In this document: piece after piece, positions 40,141 through 50,482 of the stretch
Position numbering within the stretch: the stretch's first letter is position 1
Layout: every line of letters begins with the position of its first letter
NCBI GenBank assembly: GCA_963703315.1
Contig: OY969811.1
Coordinates: 1,344,001 to 1,408,000, forward strand
Direction: 5' to 3'
DNA: 64,000 nucleotides
Source: an uncultured cyanobacterium
GTDB lineage: Bacteria; Cyanobacteriota; Cyanobacteriia; Pseudanabaenales; Pseudanabaenaceae
Position numbers and translations under genes: made by a program
The notes under the pieces: model-generated
The model's input: only the letters and a program-made list of their open reading frames with translations
What the model was told of the DNA's origin: nothing
The model's database searches: none

Positions 40141-40602
40141 TTAAGATGACTGATCGCCTGAAGTCAGTAATAACTTCAACTTGAGATCGATTAAATTAAT
40201 ATCAGCTAAACCTATCTGTACATCACCTTCTAAAACAATGCCTGTGCTAATTAAGCGATCGAGAAGTTCTAAAATTGAGGACTCACTCGATGACTGATCG
40301 GGATAGTAGGCTCCGCGTCTAGGTAGAAGCTTCCCAAATTCACCGAGATCAAGATTGAGATCTTCAGGATCGATGTCTAAAACTTCACAGAGATTAAAAA
40401 TCTGTTTTTCTAGAGCTTGCAAACTATCGGCGGCTCTCTCGATTTCTGACTCCGTTAACTTCTCGGCATCCATACGCCGAATTACCTGCGCTTCCATTAA
40501 CTGACGCAATAACTCCACCAGTGTCAGAATCAATGGAGCTAGTCCAGATTTTTTGGGTTTGACGATTAAACTATCATTACTATCAGCATTATCAGCCATC
40601 AT
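40141..40602 (-). CDS. gvpK: Gas vesicle protein K
   Basis: GLAPLILTLVELLRQLMEAQVIRRM, DLNLDLG, and GvpA-like tail LELLDRLI.TGIV.EG. Confidence 0.9.
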   Translation of the reverse strand: MMADNADSNDSLIVKPKKSGLAPLILTLVELLRQLMEAQVIRRMDAEKLTESEIERAADSLQALEKQIFNLCEVLDIDPEDLNLDLGEFGKLLPRRGAYYPDQSSSESSILELLDRLISTGIVLEGDVQIGLADINLIDLKLKLLLTSGDQSS

Positions 40603-40665
40603 GGAAACCCGTAAATAATATTTTCCCAAAGATGGGCGGCGCAAAGCGCTGCCCATCTTTGGATT

Positions 40666-41286
40666 CTATGCTATCTTGCCATGGGCGATCGCCCATGTTT
40701 GATCTGCCATGGAGTCAAGCTCTTCAGGATCATGAGTAACCACCAGAATTGTCCAATTTTTCTTGAGCTCTTGCAAAATACCCAGAATTTGTTTCCGCAT
40801 TGACCAGTCTAAGCCTGCGGTTGGCTCATCAAGCAGTAATAAACTAGGTTGACGAATTAACTGCACGGCAAGGGCTAAACGCCTCTGTTGTCCGCCGCTT
40901 AACGACTGAGGTGAAGTATTAGGATTGAGATGGCTTAAACCCACTGAACTGAGCGCTCCCTGAATGCGATCGCCATCAAGATCAATATGCCCTAACCTTA
41001 ATTCTTCTAAAATTGTGCTACCGCAAAAATGCCGTTCAGGAAATTGAAATACTAATCCACAGATCTGTTGTAAATGATCTGGCAGTAGTTCTTGAGATTT
41101 CCAGTAAATGCTGCCACTAGACCACTCTACAAATCCTGCCAAAATTTCTAGTAATGTACTTTTGCCAGAGCCACTGGGACCTACCATTAACCCCAATTGG
41201 TGATCTTCTAACTCAAAGGATATATCTGTGAGAATGGCTTCAGGTGTGGCAGGAGGGTGATAGCAAAGATTTCTGATAGAGAGCAT
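40666..41286 (-). CDS. ABC transporter ATP-binding protein (EcfA/CbiO-like)
   Basis: GPSGSGKST, VFQFPERHF, LSGGQQRR, LLDEPTAGLD, VTHD. Confidence 0.9.
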   Translation of the reverse strand: MLSIRNLCYHPPATPEAILTDISFELEDHQLGLMVGPSGSGKSTLLEILAGFVEWSSGSIYWKSQELLPDHLQQICGLVFQFPERHFCGSTILEELRLGHIDLDGDRIQGALSSVGLSHLNPNTSPQSLSGGQQRRLALAVQLIRQPSLLLLDEPTAGLDWSMRKQILGILQELKKNWTILVVTHDPEELDSMADQTWAIAHGKIA

Positions 41287-41294
41287 AAAAAGCC

Positions 41295-41345
41295 AAGTTA
41301 GAATAAATGGTTTGCAGCTTTGCTGCAAACCATTTATTCTAACTT
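41295..41345. repeat. Perfect 24-bp-arm hairpin spanning the kinase stop codon and the ABC gene leader
   Basis: AAGTTAGAATAAATGGTTTGCAGC-TTT-GCTGCAAACCATTTATTCTAACTT. Confidence 0.75.
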
Positions 41346-43826
41346 AGCAAGTTCTTGGCAAGCGACTTGATATTGATGCTCAATTTCGATAAATAGCTCA
41401 AGTAAACCTGTATTGTCTCCACGTTTACCTTTGAGTTCGGCTTCAAAACAGAGCGTACCTAATGCTTTCGCACCTAAAATATTGCTACTTCCCTTTAAGG
41501 TGTGAGCATTGTAACTCACCTGTGGGAGATCATTATCGGTGATCGCCTGTTGGAGGTTTTTTAATAGCATCGGTGCTTCTTCAGCAGTAAATAACCTAAT
41601 CATGCGTCCAATTAGTTTGGGATTAATTTGTTCAAGGTTTTTAATCGCAGTTTGATCAATAACTGAAGGAATTAATTGCTCAACAATGTTGTGAGAATTA
41701 GCTTCCTCCACATGAACACCTACCGCCCATTTCTCGATGGTACGTTGCAGTGAATCCATCATGATCGGCTTACTGATGTAATCATCCATGCCAGCCCGTA
41801 AACACATCTCGCGATCGCCTTGCATGGCACTAGCAGTCATCGCAATAATTGTCGGACGTTCATAACCTGTTTGTAGCTCATGCCAATGATTGACCAAATA
41901 AGTGGCAGTTTCTAGTCCATCCATTTCGGGCATTTGGACATCTAGTAATAACAGATCATAATGCTCTACCTGTAATGCTTCTAACACCGCTAAGCCGTTG
42001 TCTACCACATCAGGCTGATATCCCATTTTAATCAGCATCGCCATCGCTAATTCTTGGTTAATCAAATTATCTTCGGCAATCAAGATTTTTAATGGTACGC
42101 GATCGCCTAGCCGACCGACCACCTCAGATCTCTTGGCGATCGCCTCTTGCAAAGTGTAATTTGGCTGATGCTTGGCAATTTGGGTAGTCACCGTGAATGA
42201 AAAAGTAGAACCTTGCTCGGCTTTACTTTCCACTTGAATGTTGCCACCCATAATTTCCACTAATTTCTTACAGATGACTAGACCTAACCCCGTACCACCA
42301 TACTTGCGGGAAGTAGAAGCTGTTGCTTGCGAAAATGGTTGGAACAGTCGCTGCATCTGCTCATCCGAGATCCCAATCCCTGTATCACTAACCGAAAATA
42401 GTAGTTGAAATGGATGATCGGCAATGGGAGCTTTTTCAGAAGCTAAACGTACCCCAATGCGTACTGAACCTATATCTGTGAATTTGAGAGCATTAGAAAC
42501 TAGATTCAATAAAATTTGTCTTAACCGTGTCACATCACTGATAATAAATGGCGGCACATTCGACTGCATACTGACTTCAAATTTTAAGTTCTTCTCCTTA
42601 GCTTTAGCTAACTGCACATCGTAAATATCCCGTACTAAGGCGCGAACATCTAACGGTGCATTTTCTAATTCCAATTTACCCGACTCAATTTTTGAGAAAT
42701 CCAAAATATCATTTACCACTGAAAGCAGCATTTCCCCACTGACTTGAATTGTGCGTACATACTTTTCCTGCTCAGGACTAACATCCGTCCCTGCTAAAAG
42801 CTGCGTCATCCCGATCACCCCATTGATCGGCGTGCGAATCTCATGACTCATCATCGCTAAAAAAGCTGCCTTGGTGCGTACTGCTTCTTCCGCTTCTTCT
42901 TTCGCTTTTCGCAAATCCTCCATCAGTTGCATCTGGCGCTGATCCGCTTGCTTTTTGGCAGTGATATCACGGAAACACCATATCAATCCAAAAAATTTAT
43001 TTTGCTCAGAATTCACAGGACTGGTGTAGTAGTCAAATACGCGATCGCGATAAACAATTTCCCCACGTCTCACCACATCAGGCTCATCATAAGTATTTTC
43101 TAACAGATTAATTAAAACGTCAGGAAGATCGGATTTAATCAGAAATGTGCCTAGGGGCGATCCATTATAAAATTCAGGCTTCTTACCATCGCTAGCAAAT
43201 AAATCATGGGGTATATTCCACATTTCACAGAAGCGCCGATTGAAACTGGCGATCCGTCCTTGCTCATCTACGGCAAAAATTCCATCGATCGCTGCTTCTT
43301 TTTGAGCATGGAGTAGTAGGTTTGTGCGTTGGAGATCCCTCAATACGCCGACTCGATCAAAGATTGCCTGTGAAAGTTCGTGATTTTTTTGAGCAAGGTT
43401 TAATTGCAAATGTCGCAATGCCAAATGTAAATGCAGCCTTGCAAATATTTCTCCAAGTTGGAGGGCTTCCCCTAGTTGGCTTAATTGGATCGTAATGTAA
43501 TCAGAAGCACCACTATCAAAAGACTGTAACTTTTCTTGGAGGTCATCCTTTGTGCTGATAAAAATAATGGGCAGATCTTCGGTGACTGTATCGGCTTTGA
43601 GGATGCGACAGACTTCATAGCTGCTGAGCCTTTGGACGGATATATCTAATAAAACGAGGTCAGGATGTTGGGATTGCACAGATAGCAAAGCATCGCTGCC
43701 GTTGTCAGCCGTCTTGACTTTATAGCCATGATCTTTCAAGGCTGATGCTAGCTCACGACGAATATTTGGATCATCTACAACCACAAGTACTGTGGCTTGA
43801 GAAACATCGATCACATTAGCTTGCAC
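41334..43826 (-). CDS. Hybrid histidine kinase (REC - PAS - HisKA - HATPase - REC - Hpt)
   Basis: MSHEIRTP, NLVSNALKF, DTGIG, GGTGLGL, DVQMP, AHTLKGSS. Confidence 0.93.
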   Translation of the reverse strand: MQANVIDVSQATVLVVVDDPNIRRELASALKDHGYKVKTADNGSDALLSVQSQHPDLVLLDISVQRLSSYEVCRILKADTVTEDLPIIFISTKDDLQEKLQSFDSGASDYITIQLSQLGEALQLGEIFARLHLHLALRHLQLNLAQKNHELSQAIFDRVGVLRDLQRTNLLLHAQKEAAIDGIFAVDEQGRIASFNRRFCEMWNIPHDLFASDGKKPEFYNGSPLGTFLIKSDLPDVLINLLENTYDEPDVVRRGEIVYRDRVFDYYTSPVNSEQNKFFGLIWCFRDITAKKQADQRQMQLMEDLRKAKEEAEEAVRTKAAFLAMMSHEIRTPINGVIGMTQLLAGTDVSPEQEKYVRTIQVSGEMLLSVVNDILDFSKIESGKLELENAPLDVRALVRDIYDVQLAKAKEKNLKFEVSMQSNVPPFIISDVTRLRQILLNLVSNALKFTDIGSVRIGVRLASEKAPIADHPFQLLFSVSDTGIGISDEQMQRLFQPFSQATASTSRKYGGTGLGLVICKKLVEIMGGNIQVESKAEQGSTFSFTVTTQIAKHQPNYTLQEAIAKRSEVVGRLGDRVPLKILIAEDNLINQELAMAMLIKMGYQPDVVDNGLAVLEALQVEHYDLLLLDVQMPEMDGLETATYLVNHWHELQTGYERPTIIAMTASAMQGDREMCLRAGMDDYISKPIMMDSLQRTIEKWAVGVHVEEANSHNIVEQLIPSVIDQTAIKNLEQINPKLIGRMIRLFTAEEAPMLLKNLQQAITDNDLPQVSYNAHTLKGSSNILGAKALGTLCFEAELKGKRGDNTGLLELFIEIEHQYQVACQELAKLE

Positions 43827-44056
43827 GACTTGATCACCTTGCTAGAAAGTTTCACCAATATAAATGCTTTTCATAATATAGCGATCGCTGCTAAAAAAAC
43901 GAAAAAACAAAGCTTAGCATTTACACAGAACTTCATTAAGCCCTCACTCCTAGCCCATTCTCCCGCAGGCTACGCTGTTAACAGTATTGTGGGGACACAA
44001 AACCAGAAGACGAGTGGCGGCGCTTTGCGCCGCCACTCGCTTCTTGGGTTTTGTGT

Positions 44057-45526
44057 TTAACGACCACCAACGGTAATCGCATCGACTTTGATATGGGGTT
44101 GACCAACGGTGACATAGATACTGCCACTGACAGATCCACAAAAACCTGCGGCAAGTTCGAGATCTCGTGAACTCATCGAGATTTCTTGCATGATTTCTTT
44201 AGCATCACCGATTAGAGTTGCGCCCTTGAGTGGTTTGGTGATTTTGCCATTTTCGATTAAATAGGCTTCATCCACCGCAAAGTTAAATTGACCAGTCGGT
44301 AGCACGCTGCCGCCGCCCATTTTTTTGCAATAGATACCTTTATCGACAGAGGCAAATAGATCATCTAAAGAAAAGTCACCCGCCCCGATGTAAGTATTTC
44401 GCATCCGACTCGCGGCGGGATAGGCATAGCTCTGGCGGCGACCGCTACCTGTGCGGGGATGTCCTGTGCGTAACTCCCCTGCGCGATCGCTAATAAAGTT
44501 TTTCAGAATGCCATTCTCAATTAACAGAGTGCGTTGAGTGGGCATTCCTTCATCATCCATATCGATTGTCCCAAAAGCTTCCTCAGAGCGACCTTCATCC
44601 CATGCTGTGAGATTTTCATGAGCGATCTTCTGACCTTTTTTGTCAGCAAAGGGAGTAGTTTTCGCTTCGATGCCCGTAGTTTCCAGCAAATGACCACAGG
44701 CTTCATGGAAGATCACGCCGCCAAATTGATTTGCCATGATGATCGGATAGGAGCCAGATTCGACATAATCGGCATAAAGCATTTTCCCTGCGGCTTCCAC
44801 GATTTCATCAACAACGGGTTCATAGTTCCAATTGCGGAGATAGCTAGGATCGCTGGTTCCACCAACGCGCTTACCAATGGAGGAGCGATTTACCCCATCC
44901 GCACAGAGCAAATTAGAGCCAATGGATTGGGTGAGGCGAATATCTCTGGCAAATGTCCCATCACTCGCTGCAACTAAAATTTCCTGCCAGTCACGGAAGT
45001 ACATCGATCGCCTTGATTGGATATGCGTACCTTTTTTAGCCAGCAGTTGATTGGCTCCGAGTAGAATATCTCCCATTTCCCTCATTGGGCTGCATTGAGC
45101 AATCCATGATTCTTTATTCTTTTTGGTGGCATAGTCACGGAATAGTTCCAGATGAATCGATGGAATAATCGAGTTTTGGGAAGGAAGCGTTAATCCTAAA
45201 ATCGAAAGAGCGCGTTCGAGGGCAGATTTTAATCCTAGAAAAGTCAAGTCATTGGTACTGACATAGCAATCTGCCTTACCTTTAAAAGCGCGAATCCCTG
45301 CTCCTGTTGATAACCTTGGGGAGATGCTCGTGATTGCCTCATCTTCTGCTAGACAGCTAATGTAGTTGGTGCGCTCTAAGAAAAACTCTACAAAATCTGC
45401 ACCTGCGGCTCTTCCTAGTCCTAGCAAAATCGATAGAGGTGCTTCCCATGTTTCGTCAAAGCGATCGCCGATCAGTGAATATTGTAAATTAGATAGCTCT
45501 TTGGTCAGTAGCAGTTGATTACTCAT
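44057..45526 (-). CDS. tldD: TldD/PmbA-family metalloprotease (TldD type)
   Basis: HEACGH zinc motif, DDEG, RMRNTY, GFCGS..G...V..GQP. Confidence 0.9.
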   Translation of the reverse strand: MSNQLLLTKELSNLQYSLIGDRFDETWEAPLSILLGLGRAAGADFVEFFLERTNYISCLAEDEAITSISPRLSTGAGIRAFKGKADCYVSTNDLTFLGLKSALERALSILGLTLPSQNSIIPSIHLELFRDYATKKNKESWIAQCSPMREMGDILLGANQLLAKKGTHIQSRRSMYFRDWQEILVAASDGTFARDIRLTQSIGSNLLCADGVNRSSIGKRVGGTSDPSYLRNWNYEPVVDEIVEAAGKMLYADYVESGSYPIIMANQFGGVIFHEACGHLLETTGIEAKTTPFADKKGQKIAHENLTAWDEGRSEEAFGTIDMDDEGMPTQRTLLIENGILKNFISDRAGELRTGHPRTGSGRRQSYAYPAASRMRNTYIGAGDFSLDDLFASVDKGIYCKKMGGGSVLPTGQFNFAVDEAYLIENGKITKPLKGATLIGDAKEIMQEISMSSRDLELAAGFCGSVSGSIYVTVGQPHIKVDAITVGGR

Positions 45527-45667
45527 GGGGACTCTCGCTGGTTGATTACTAATGCAAGTGTAGCAAATCGATAAACCTAGCAAAGAAAAGGGTTAGCCAA
45601 TTATCTGCTTGTATTTACTTAAAATTTATGGAGCTTATGAAAAATGCTTGGAAACCCGCATTTCATC

Positions 45668-45695
45668 GTAGGATTAATTCATGAGTTGCCCCTAC
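45668..45695. repeat. Degenerate GTAG-family REP
   Basis: GTAGGATTAATTCATGAGTTGCCCCTAC; a related GTAGGGACATTGCCCCTAC lies at about 7299-7318. Confidence 0.5.
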
Positions 45696-45979
45696 ATTTT
45701 GTTTTTTCGGGCGTAAGTCTGAGTTTAGTATTATATCAAATCTGAACTAATCAGTGTTTTGGGGCTTTGTCGCACGCCACTAAAAGGGGAGTATCTAAAT
45801 CAAATTTAGTACTATGGCGGTAGCGATAAAATTAAAGTTACGCATATTGGCTATACTGATAAAGAAATAGCTTGAGCAGATTTCCTGCTTATGGGTAAAT
45901 AGGGGAAGTAGTCAAATTGACGAAAATATCTATCTCTAGATACCATCATCAATTTTGCAAACTATGAAAAGCTGTAACT

Positions 45980-48900
45980 ATGAGCAACTTGTCCGCTAAA
46001 TCAAATGTTGACAATGTGCTTTCAAAACAAGCTACAGCAATTGATGTCGAGCATATCCATTTGAGTTTAGCAATGGAAAAATCAAGATCAAGACTGCTAC
46101 TTTGTTCGGAAGTTGTGCAAATTTTGTGCCAATCTGAAAATGTAGTAGATAGTTTGCTAGAAATTACGAAAAAGATTCTCAATTTACTTCATGCTGCTCA
46201 TGTTTCTATCTATCAATTAGAGCAGTCTATAGGTACTAACAAGACTAGCAAGAGAAATAAATTTAGGGGAAAGATTGTTGCAGAGGCGATCGCCCCATAT
46301 TATGACGCTTGTTCACGAGTTGATATTAAAAATATTTTGCTTGATGAATATCGCTTGAGTCAGAGCATAACGGATCTAATTATTGATCGCTATACAACAG
46401 GAACAAATAGATGGGAGGTTGATTTAGCAGAGATCTTTACTGGCAAAGCTTATCTATTAGTGCCAATTGTAATATCAGAGGGCAATGCGACAAATCTACT
46501 CTGGGGATTTTTAACAGTACATCAATGTACAGGACTAGAGAATGGAACTGCTCAAAGTCGATGGGATCAAGATGATGTGCTAATGCTCCAACAAATTGCG
46601 ATGCAGATCGAGATGAGTTTGCAAAAAATTCAGCTTCGGGATAGCCTATTGACTCAATTACAAGAAGCAGATCAAGCCTATACAATTTTATATCGTTGGA
46701 CTCATCAATATCGGTCTTTAGTCGAGCAAATACCCAGTGTTTCCTATGTCTTGCCAATCAATAATAATGCCGAACTAGCGTATATCAGTCCCCAGATGCA
46801 AGAGCTTTTGGGTGTACCAGCTTCAGAATGGAATGCAGGGTTTTTGAATACTTGGGCTGATTATATCCATCCTGACGATCGCGATCACGTTTATCAAGAT
46901 GTTCGACAGACTATCGCAACGGAAGCCCCTTTCTGTTGCGAATATCGGATGATTAAATATGATGGCACGGTGATTTGGGTGCGCGATACGGCTCGAATTG
47001 GCTTAGCCGTTGATGGTGAAACTAGGCTTTTACGCGGTTCTGCCTTTGATATTAGCGATCGCAAACTGACTGAGGCAAAACTAGATCAAAATAAAAACCT
47101 ACTTAATTTAACGATCGCCAATGTGCCAGTTGGCATTGCCACCTTTAATTTGCAAAGTGAATTTTTGACTGTAAATAGAGGCTTCTGCAAAATATTTGGC
47201 TATACCGAAGCAGAGTTGTTGAAGATGACTGTGAACGAACTCACCCATCCCAACTCTATGGAGACAACTTTAACGGCTCTATATCGCTTACTAGCAAATG
47301 AAGTAACTAGCATTAAAGTCGAAAAACAGTACACTCATAAAAAAGGTCATGCGATCGATGTGATCAGTCGATTTGGGTTAGTCAGGGATGAGAATGACAA
47401 ACCAATTCAATTTGTGGTAGGCGTGGAAGATGTCACTGAACGTAAGCAAACTGAAGCGAAACTAGCGGCGGCTCAGGTGGCGGAATCTGCCAACAAAGCC
47501 AAAAGTGAATTTCTCGCGGTCATGAGCCACGAACTCCGCACCCCCATGAATGCCGTCATTGGCATGACCGAGATTCTCGAAAATACACCACTATCTCCAC
47601 AACAGCAACAATATGTGTCCACAATTCGCAATGGCGGACAGGTATTGCTATCGGTGATTAATAATATTCTGGACTTTTCGCGCATTGAGTCAGGGCAGTT
47701 TGAACTGGAAGTACGTCCCTTTAAGCTAGAGCAATGTATCGAGGAAGTTTTGGATCTGATGACATCGCGCACAGCCGAAAAATCTCTAGAACTATCGGCA
47801 TTGATTAATTCCGATGTGCCGCAGCAATTTCTTGGAGACTATAATCGCTTGCGTCAGATCTTAGTCAACTTAGTCAGTAATGCGATTAAATTCACAGAAG
47901 CTGGTGAAATTGCGATTACCGTAGATGCTCGATTAATCAAGCAGGAGACTAATACTTACGAATTACTAGTGGATGTTCGTGATACAGGAGTCGGCATTGC
48001 ACCTGAGGCGATCTCCCGACTGTTTAAAGCTTTTAGTCAAGCTGATAGCTCGATCGCTCGCCAATATGGCGGTACGGGCTTAGGTTTAGCGATTTGTAAA
48101 CAGCTTTGCGAACTGATGGGAGGAGAGATATGGGTGAATAGTACTGTCGGTAAAGGATCAACCTTTAGTTTTAAAATCGTGGCTGAGTCGATACCGACCG
48201 AGCCAATGCCAATTGCTCCAGAGTTAAAAGGCAAGAGAATCTTAATCATTAATTCTAATTCCACAATTCAAGAAGTAATCTCTATATACGCTCAAGCATG
48301 GAAACTGATTCCCCAATGTGCCTATTCGCCGACAGAAGCTCTGCAACTCTTAAGTGAATCTACCTTTGATGTAGTTTTAATTGATGTCCAGATGGTAGAT
48401 AGTTTACAAATTAATGCTTTAGAACTTGCTCAAAGTATTCAAGAGGTTTTTCCAGATCTCAAATTAGTTCTCTTAACCTCGGTTAAAGAAATTGGTGATT
48501 CTCTGACCGTTCGTTTTGCAGATTATATTACCAAACCGATCTCTGCCTCAAAGATTTACCAATCCTTAGTCAATGTTTTTACCCTGAAAGCTCCCATTGC
48601 CCGTTCCCATTATCCAAGTCCTCAAAAATTCAATAAAATCTTTTCCCAGTCTTATCCATTTCGCGTTTTAGTTGCGGAAGATAATCCTGTGAATCAGCAG
48701 GTTCTATTATTAATGCTAGAAAATCTAGGTTGTCATGCCGAGTCAGTCGAGAATGGTCAAAAAGCGATCGCGTCTTTGGAGCGTAATACCTATGATGTCA
48801 TTTTTATGGATATCCAAATGCCAATCATGGATGGGGTAACCGCAACTAAGGGTATTCGTCAGTTAACCAATCGGCATCCTTGGATTATCGGTTTATCGGC

Positions 48901-49429
48901 AAATGCTTTTGTGGAATCTCGCGAGTCTGCTTTACTTGCAGGGATGAATGACTATCTCACCAAGCCGTTACAAGTCGAAAACTTAATTGCCGCATTGCAA
49001 AAAGTGCCACAACAGCGCCCTGTAGAATATCATGCTCCTCCTATAATTACTGTAAATGACGCTGAGCCTGTACTTGACCTGTCAACTTTAGCAAATTTAG
49101 AAGATTCCATCGGTTCCCAAAACTTAGATGAATTAATTCTTGTCTATTTAGAGCATTCACAACAGGCGATCAATACGATGAAAGAAGCATTCAAAGAGAG
49201 AGACATTATCAAGATTGAATCAGAAAATCATGCTCTTAAAGGGGGAAGTGGCACTTTTGGCGCTACGAAACTGCTGCGGTTCTGTCAAAGTCTCCAATCT
49301 TTATGTAGGACTTGCTTAGCATCCCAGCAAGTGCCTTATGAGCATATAGAACAGATTGGCAGTCTTTTGAGAAATATAGAAGAAGAATATAGTTATCTGG
49401 CTCAAGCCTTTCAACTTAGAAATTATTAA
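45980..49429 (+). CDS. Hybrid histidine kinase (CBCR-like GAF - 2xPAS - HisKA - HATPase - REC - REC - Hpt)
   Basis: LLVPI..LWG.L.VHQC GAF, IHPDDR PAS, MSHELRTP, GGTGLGL, DIQMP, HALKGGS. Confidence 0.93.
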   Translation: MSNLSAKSNVDNVLSKQATAIDVEHIHLSLAMEKSRSRLLLCSEVVQILCQSENVVDSLLEITKKILNLLHAAHVSIYQLEQSIGTNKTSKRNKFRGKIVAEAIAPYYDACSRVDIKNILLDEYRLSQSITDLIIDRYTTGTNRWEVDLAEIFTGKAYLLVPIVISEGNATNLLWGFLTVHQCTGLENGTAQSRWDQDDVLMLQQIAMQIEMSLQKIQLRDSLLTQLQEADQAYTILYRWTHQYRSLVEQIPSVSYVLPINNNAELAYISPQMQELLGVPASEWNAGFLNTWADYIHPDDRDHVYQDVRQTIATEAPFCCEYRMIKYDGTVIWVRDTARIGLAVDGETRLLRGSAFDISDRKLTEAKLDQNKNLLNLTIANVPVGIATFNLQSEFLTVNRGFCKIFGYTEAELLKMTVNELTHPNSMETTLTALYRLLANEVTSIKVEKQYTHKKGHAIDVISRFGLVRDENDKPIQFVVGVEDVTERKQTEAKLAAAQVAESANKAKSEFLAVMSHELRTPMNAVIGMTEILENTPLSPQQQQYVSTIRNGGQVLLSVINNILDFSRIESGQFELEVRPFKLEQCIEEVLDLMTSRTAEKSLELSALINSDVPQQFLGDYNRLRQILVNLVSNAIKFTEAGEIAITVDARLIKQETNTYELLVDVRDTGVGIAPEAISRLFKAFSQADSSIARQYGGTGLGLAICKQLCELMGGEIWVNSTVGKGSTFSFKIVAESIPTEPMPIAPELKGKRILIINSNSTIQEVISIYAQAWKLIPQCAYSPTEALQLLSESTFDVVLIDVQMVDSLQINALELAQSIQEVFPDLKLVLLTSVKEIGDSLTVRFADYITKPISASKIYQSLVNVFTLKAPIARSHYPSPQKFNKIFSQSYPFRVLVAEDNPVNQQVLLLMLENLGCHAESVENGQKAIASLERNTYDVIFMDIQMPIMDGVTATKGIRQLTNRHPWIIGLSANAFVESRESALLAGMNDYLTKPLQVENLIAALQKVPQQRPVEYHAPPIITVNDAEPVLDLSTLANLEDSIGSQNLDELILVYLEHSQQAINTMKEAFKERDIIKIESENHALKGGSGTFGATKLLRFCQSLQSLCRTCLASQQVPYEHIEQIGSLLRNIEEEYSYLAQAFQLRNY

Positions 49430-49433
49430 CATA

Positions 49434-49583
49434 TAGGACTTACGCAAAATCCAAATTGCCCTCATCCCCCAACCCCTTCTCCCTTTCTGGGAGAAGGGGA
49501 GTAAGAGATTTTTCTTGTTCCCATCTCCCTTTTTGGGAGAGGGGCTAGGGGTGAGGGTCTTAGAAAATTCTGCGTAAGTCCTA
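49434..49583. mobile_element. 150-bp MITE with 13-bp terminal inverted repeats TAGGACTTACGCA...TGCGTAAGTCCTA
   Basis: Perfect TIRs ending in TA; nested internal hairpins (CCCTCATCCCC..CCCCTTCTCCC..GGGAGAAGGGG..GGGGTGAGGG); solo ends at 40071-40082 and about 45710-45720. Confidence 0.75.
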
Positions 49584-49646
49584 ACATAGCAAAGCAAACT
49601 CCAACATTAAAAAATAAAGGCGGCGCTAAGCGCCGCCTTTATTTTT

Positions 49647-49991
49647 TTAATACTCAATCGTCATGCTCTCGTAAGTTACGCCATGAATTTTTTGGATGCG
49701 CTCAGTGGGCTTAGCCTTAATTTTATTCACAAACTGAGCTTCAGACATCTCTGCACTCACCGCGCTATTGTCAACATCGAGATCCAGTTGGGCAAGGTTA
49801 CGATCTAATTCTGCAAGGCGATCGATTATTTGTTGCTGGCGATCGCATACTCGCACTAGCTCTTCCTGCAAGCGCTCTTTCTCATTGGCGAGTTGGTGCA
49901 TCTGAATGTAGATTGCCGAAGGTGTCTTCCGCAAAGGCATAGAGCGCAACTTAGGCTGAATTGGTCTACGGGATGCACGAGAGATAGTCAT
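49647..49991 (-). CDS. gvpV: GvpV-like gas vesicle accessory protein
   Basis: I.PKL..MP, Y..M..LA.EK.RL..EL coiled coil, C-terminal M.IEY. Confidence 0.65.
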   Translation of the reverse strand: MTISRASRRPIQPKLRSMPLRKTPSAIYIQMHQLANEKERLQEELVRVCDRQQQIIDRLAELDRNLAQLDLDVDNSAVSAEMSEAQFVNKIKAKPTERIQKIHGVTYESMTIEY

Positions 49992-50046
49992 AGGTTTAAC
50001 CCTGATAGAAGCTTGAGTGTGACAATAGAGAGTATTTCTTTCTATG

Positions 50047-50400
50047 CTATTTAGGAGTAGGCTCAAAGAATACTTTATATAAGATAAATCCGACTAGCGC
50101 CAGAATGCCGATAGAGATCGCCGCCGTCACCAGTTTAAACACAAAATTCAGAATTGTAAATGCAACTAAGCCAATCACGACGATCGCCGCAATTTTAGTA
50201 GCACCAGTCAGGCTATTTACCCAAGCAATCAGACTGCCTAGACCAGTTTTAGCCGCATCAACACTTTGACTAATAGCGACAAACTCTGGCTCAGCCCGTT
50301 TGTCAGGATTTTGAGGTTGGTTGGTCGCCTGTTGCTTATTACCCATTACTTCGCGTTCTAATTCACGAAAGCGTTCTTCAAGGTTATCAGTTTGACTCAT
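50047..50400 (-). CDS. Hypothetical membrane protein
   Basis: N-terminal LEER..ELE coil and two C-terminal TM helices. Confidence 0.65.
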   Translation of the reverse strand: MSQTDNLEERFRELEREVMGNKQQATNQPQNPDKRAEPEFVAISQSVDAAKTGLGSLIAWVNSLTGATKIAAIVVIGLVAFTILNFVFKLVTAAISIGILALVGFILYKVFFEPTPK

Positions 50401-50482
50401 AGCCGCAAATGAATAAAAATCTATGGCTTATTCTACTGCATACCGTAGGTCAAGATCCTAAGCGAATAGCGGCGCTACTCGC

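Noticed and set aside
49316..49597. 93-aa minus-strand ORF (TLTPSPSPKKG...)
   Set aside because: Translation of the MITE and the antisense kinase end.
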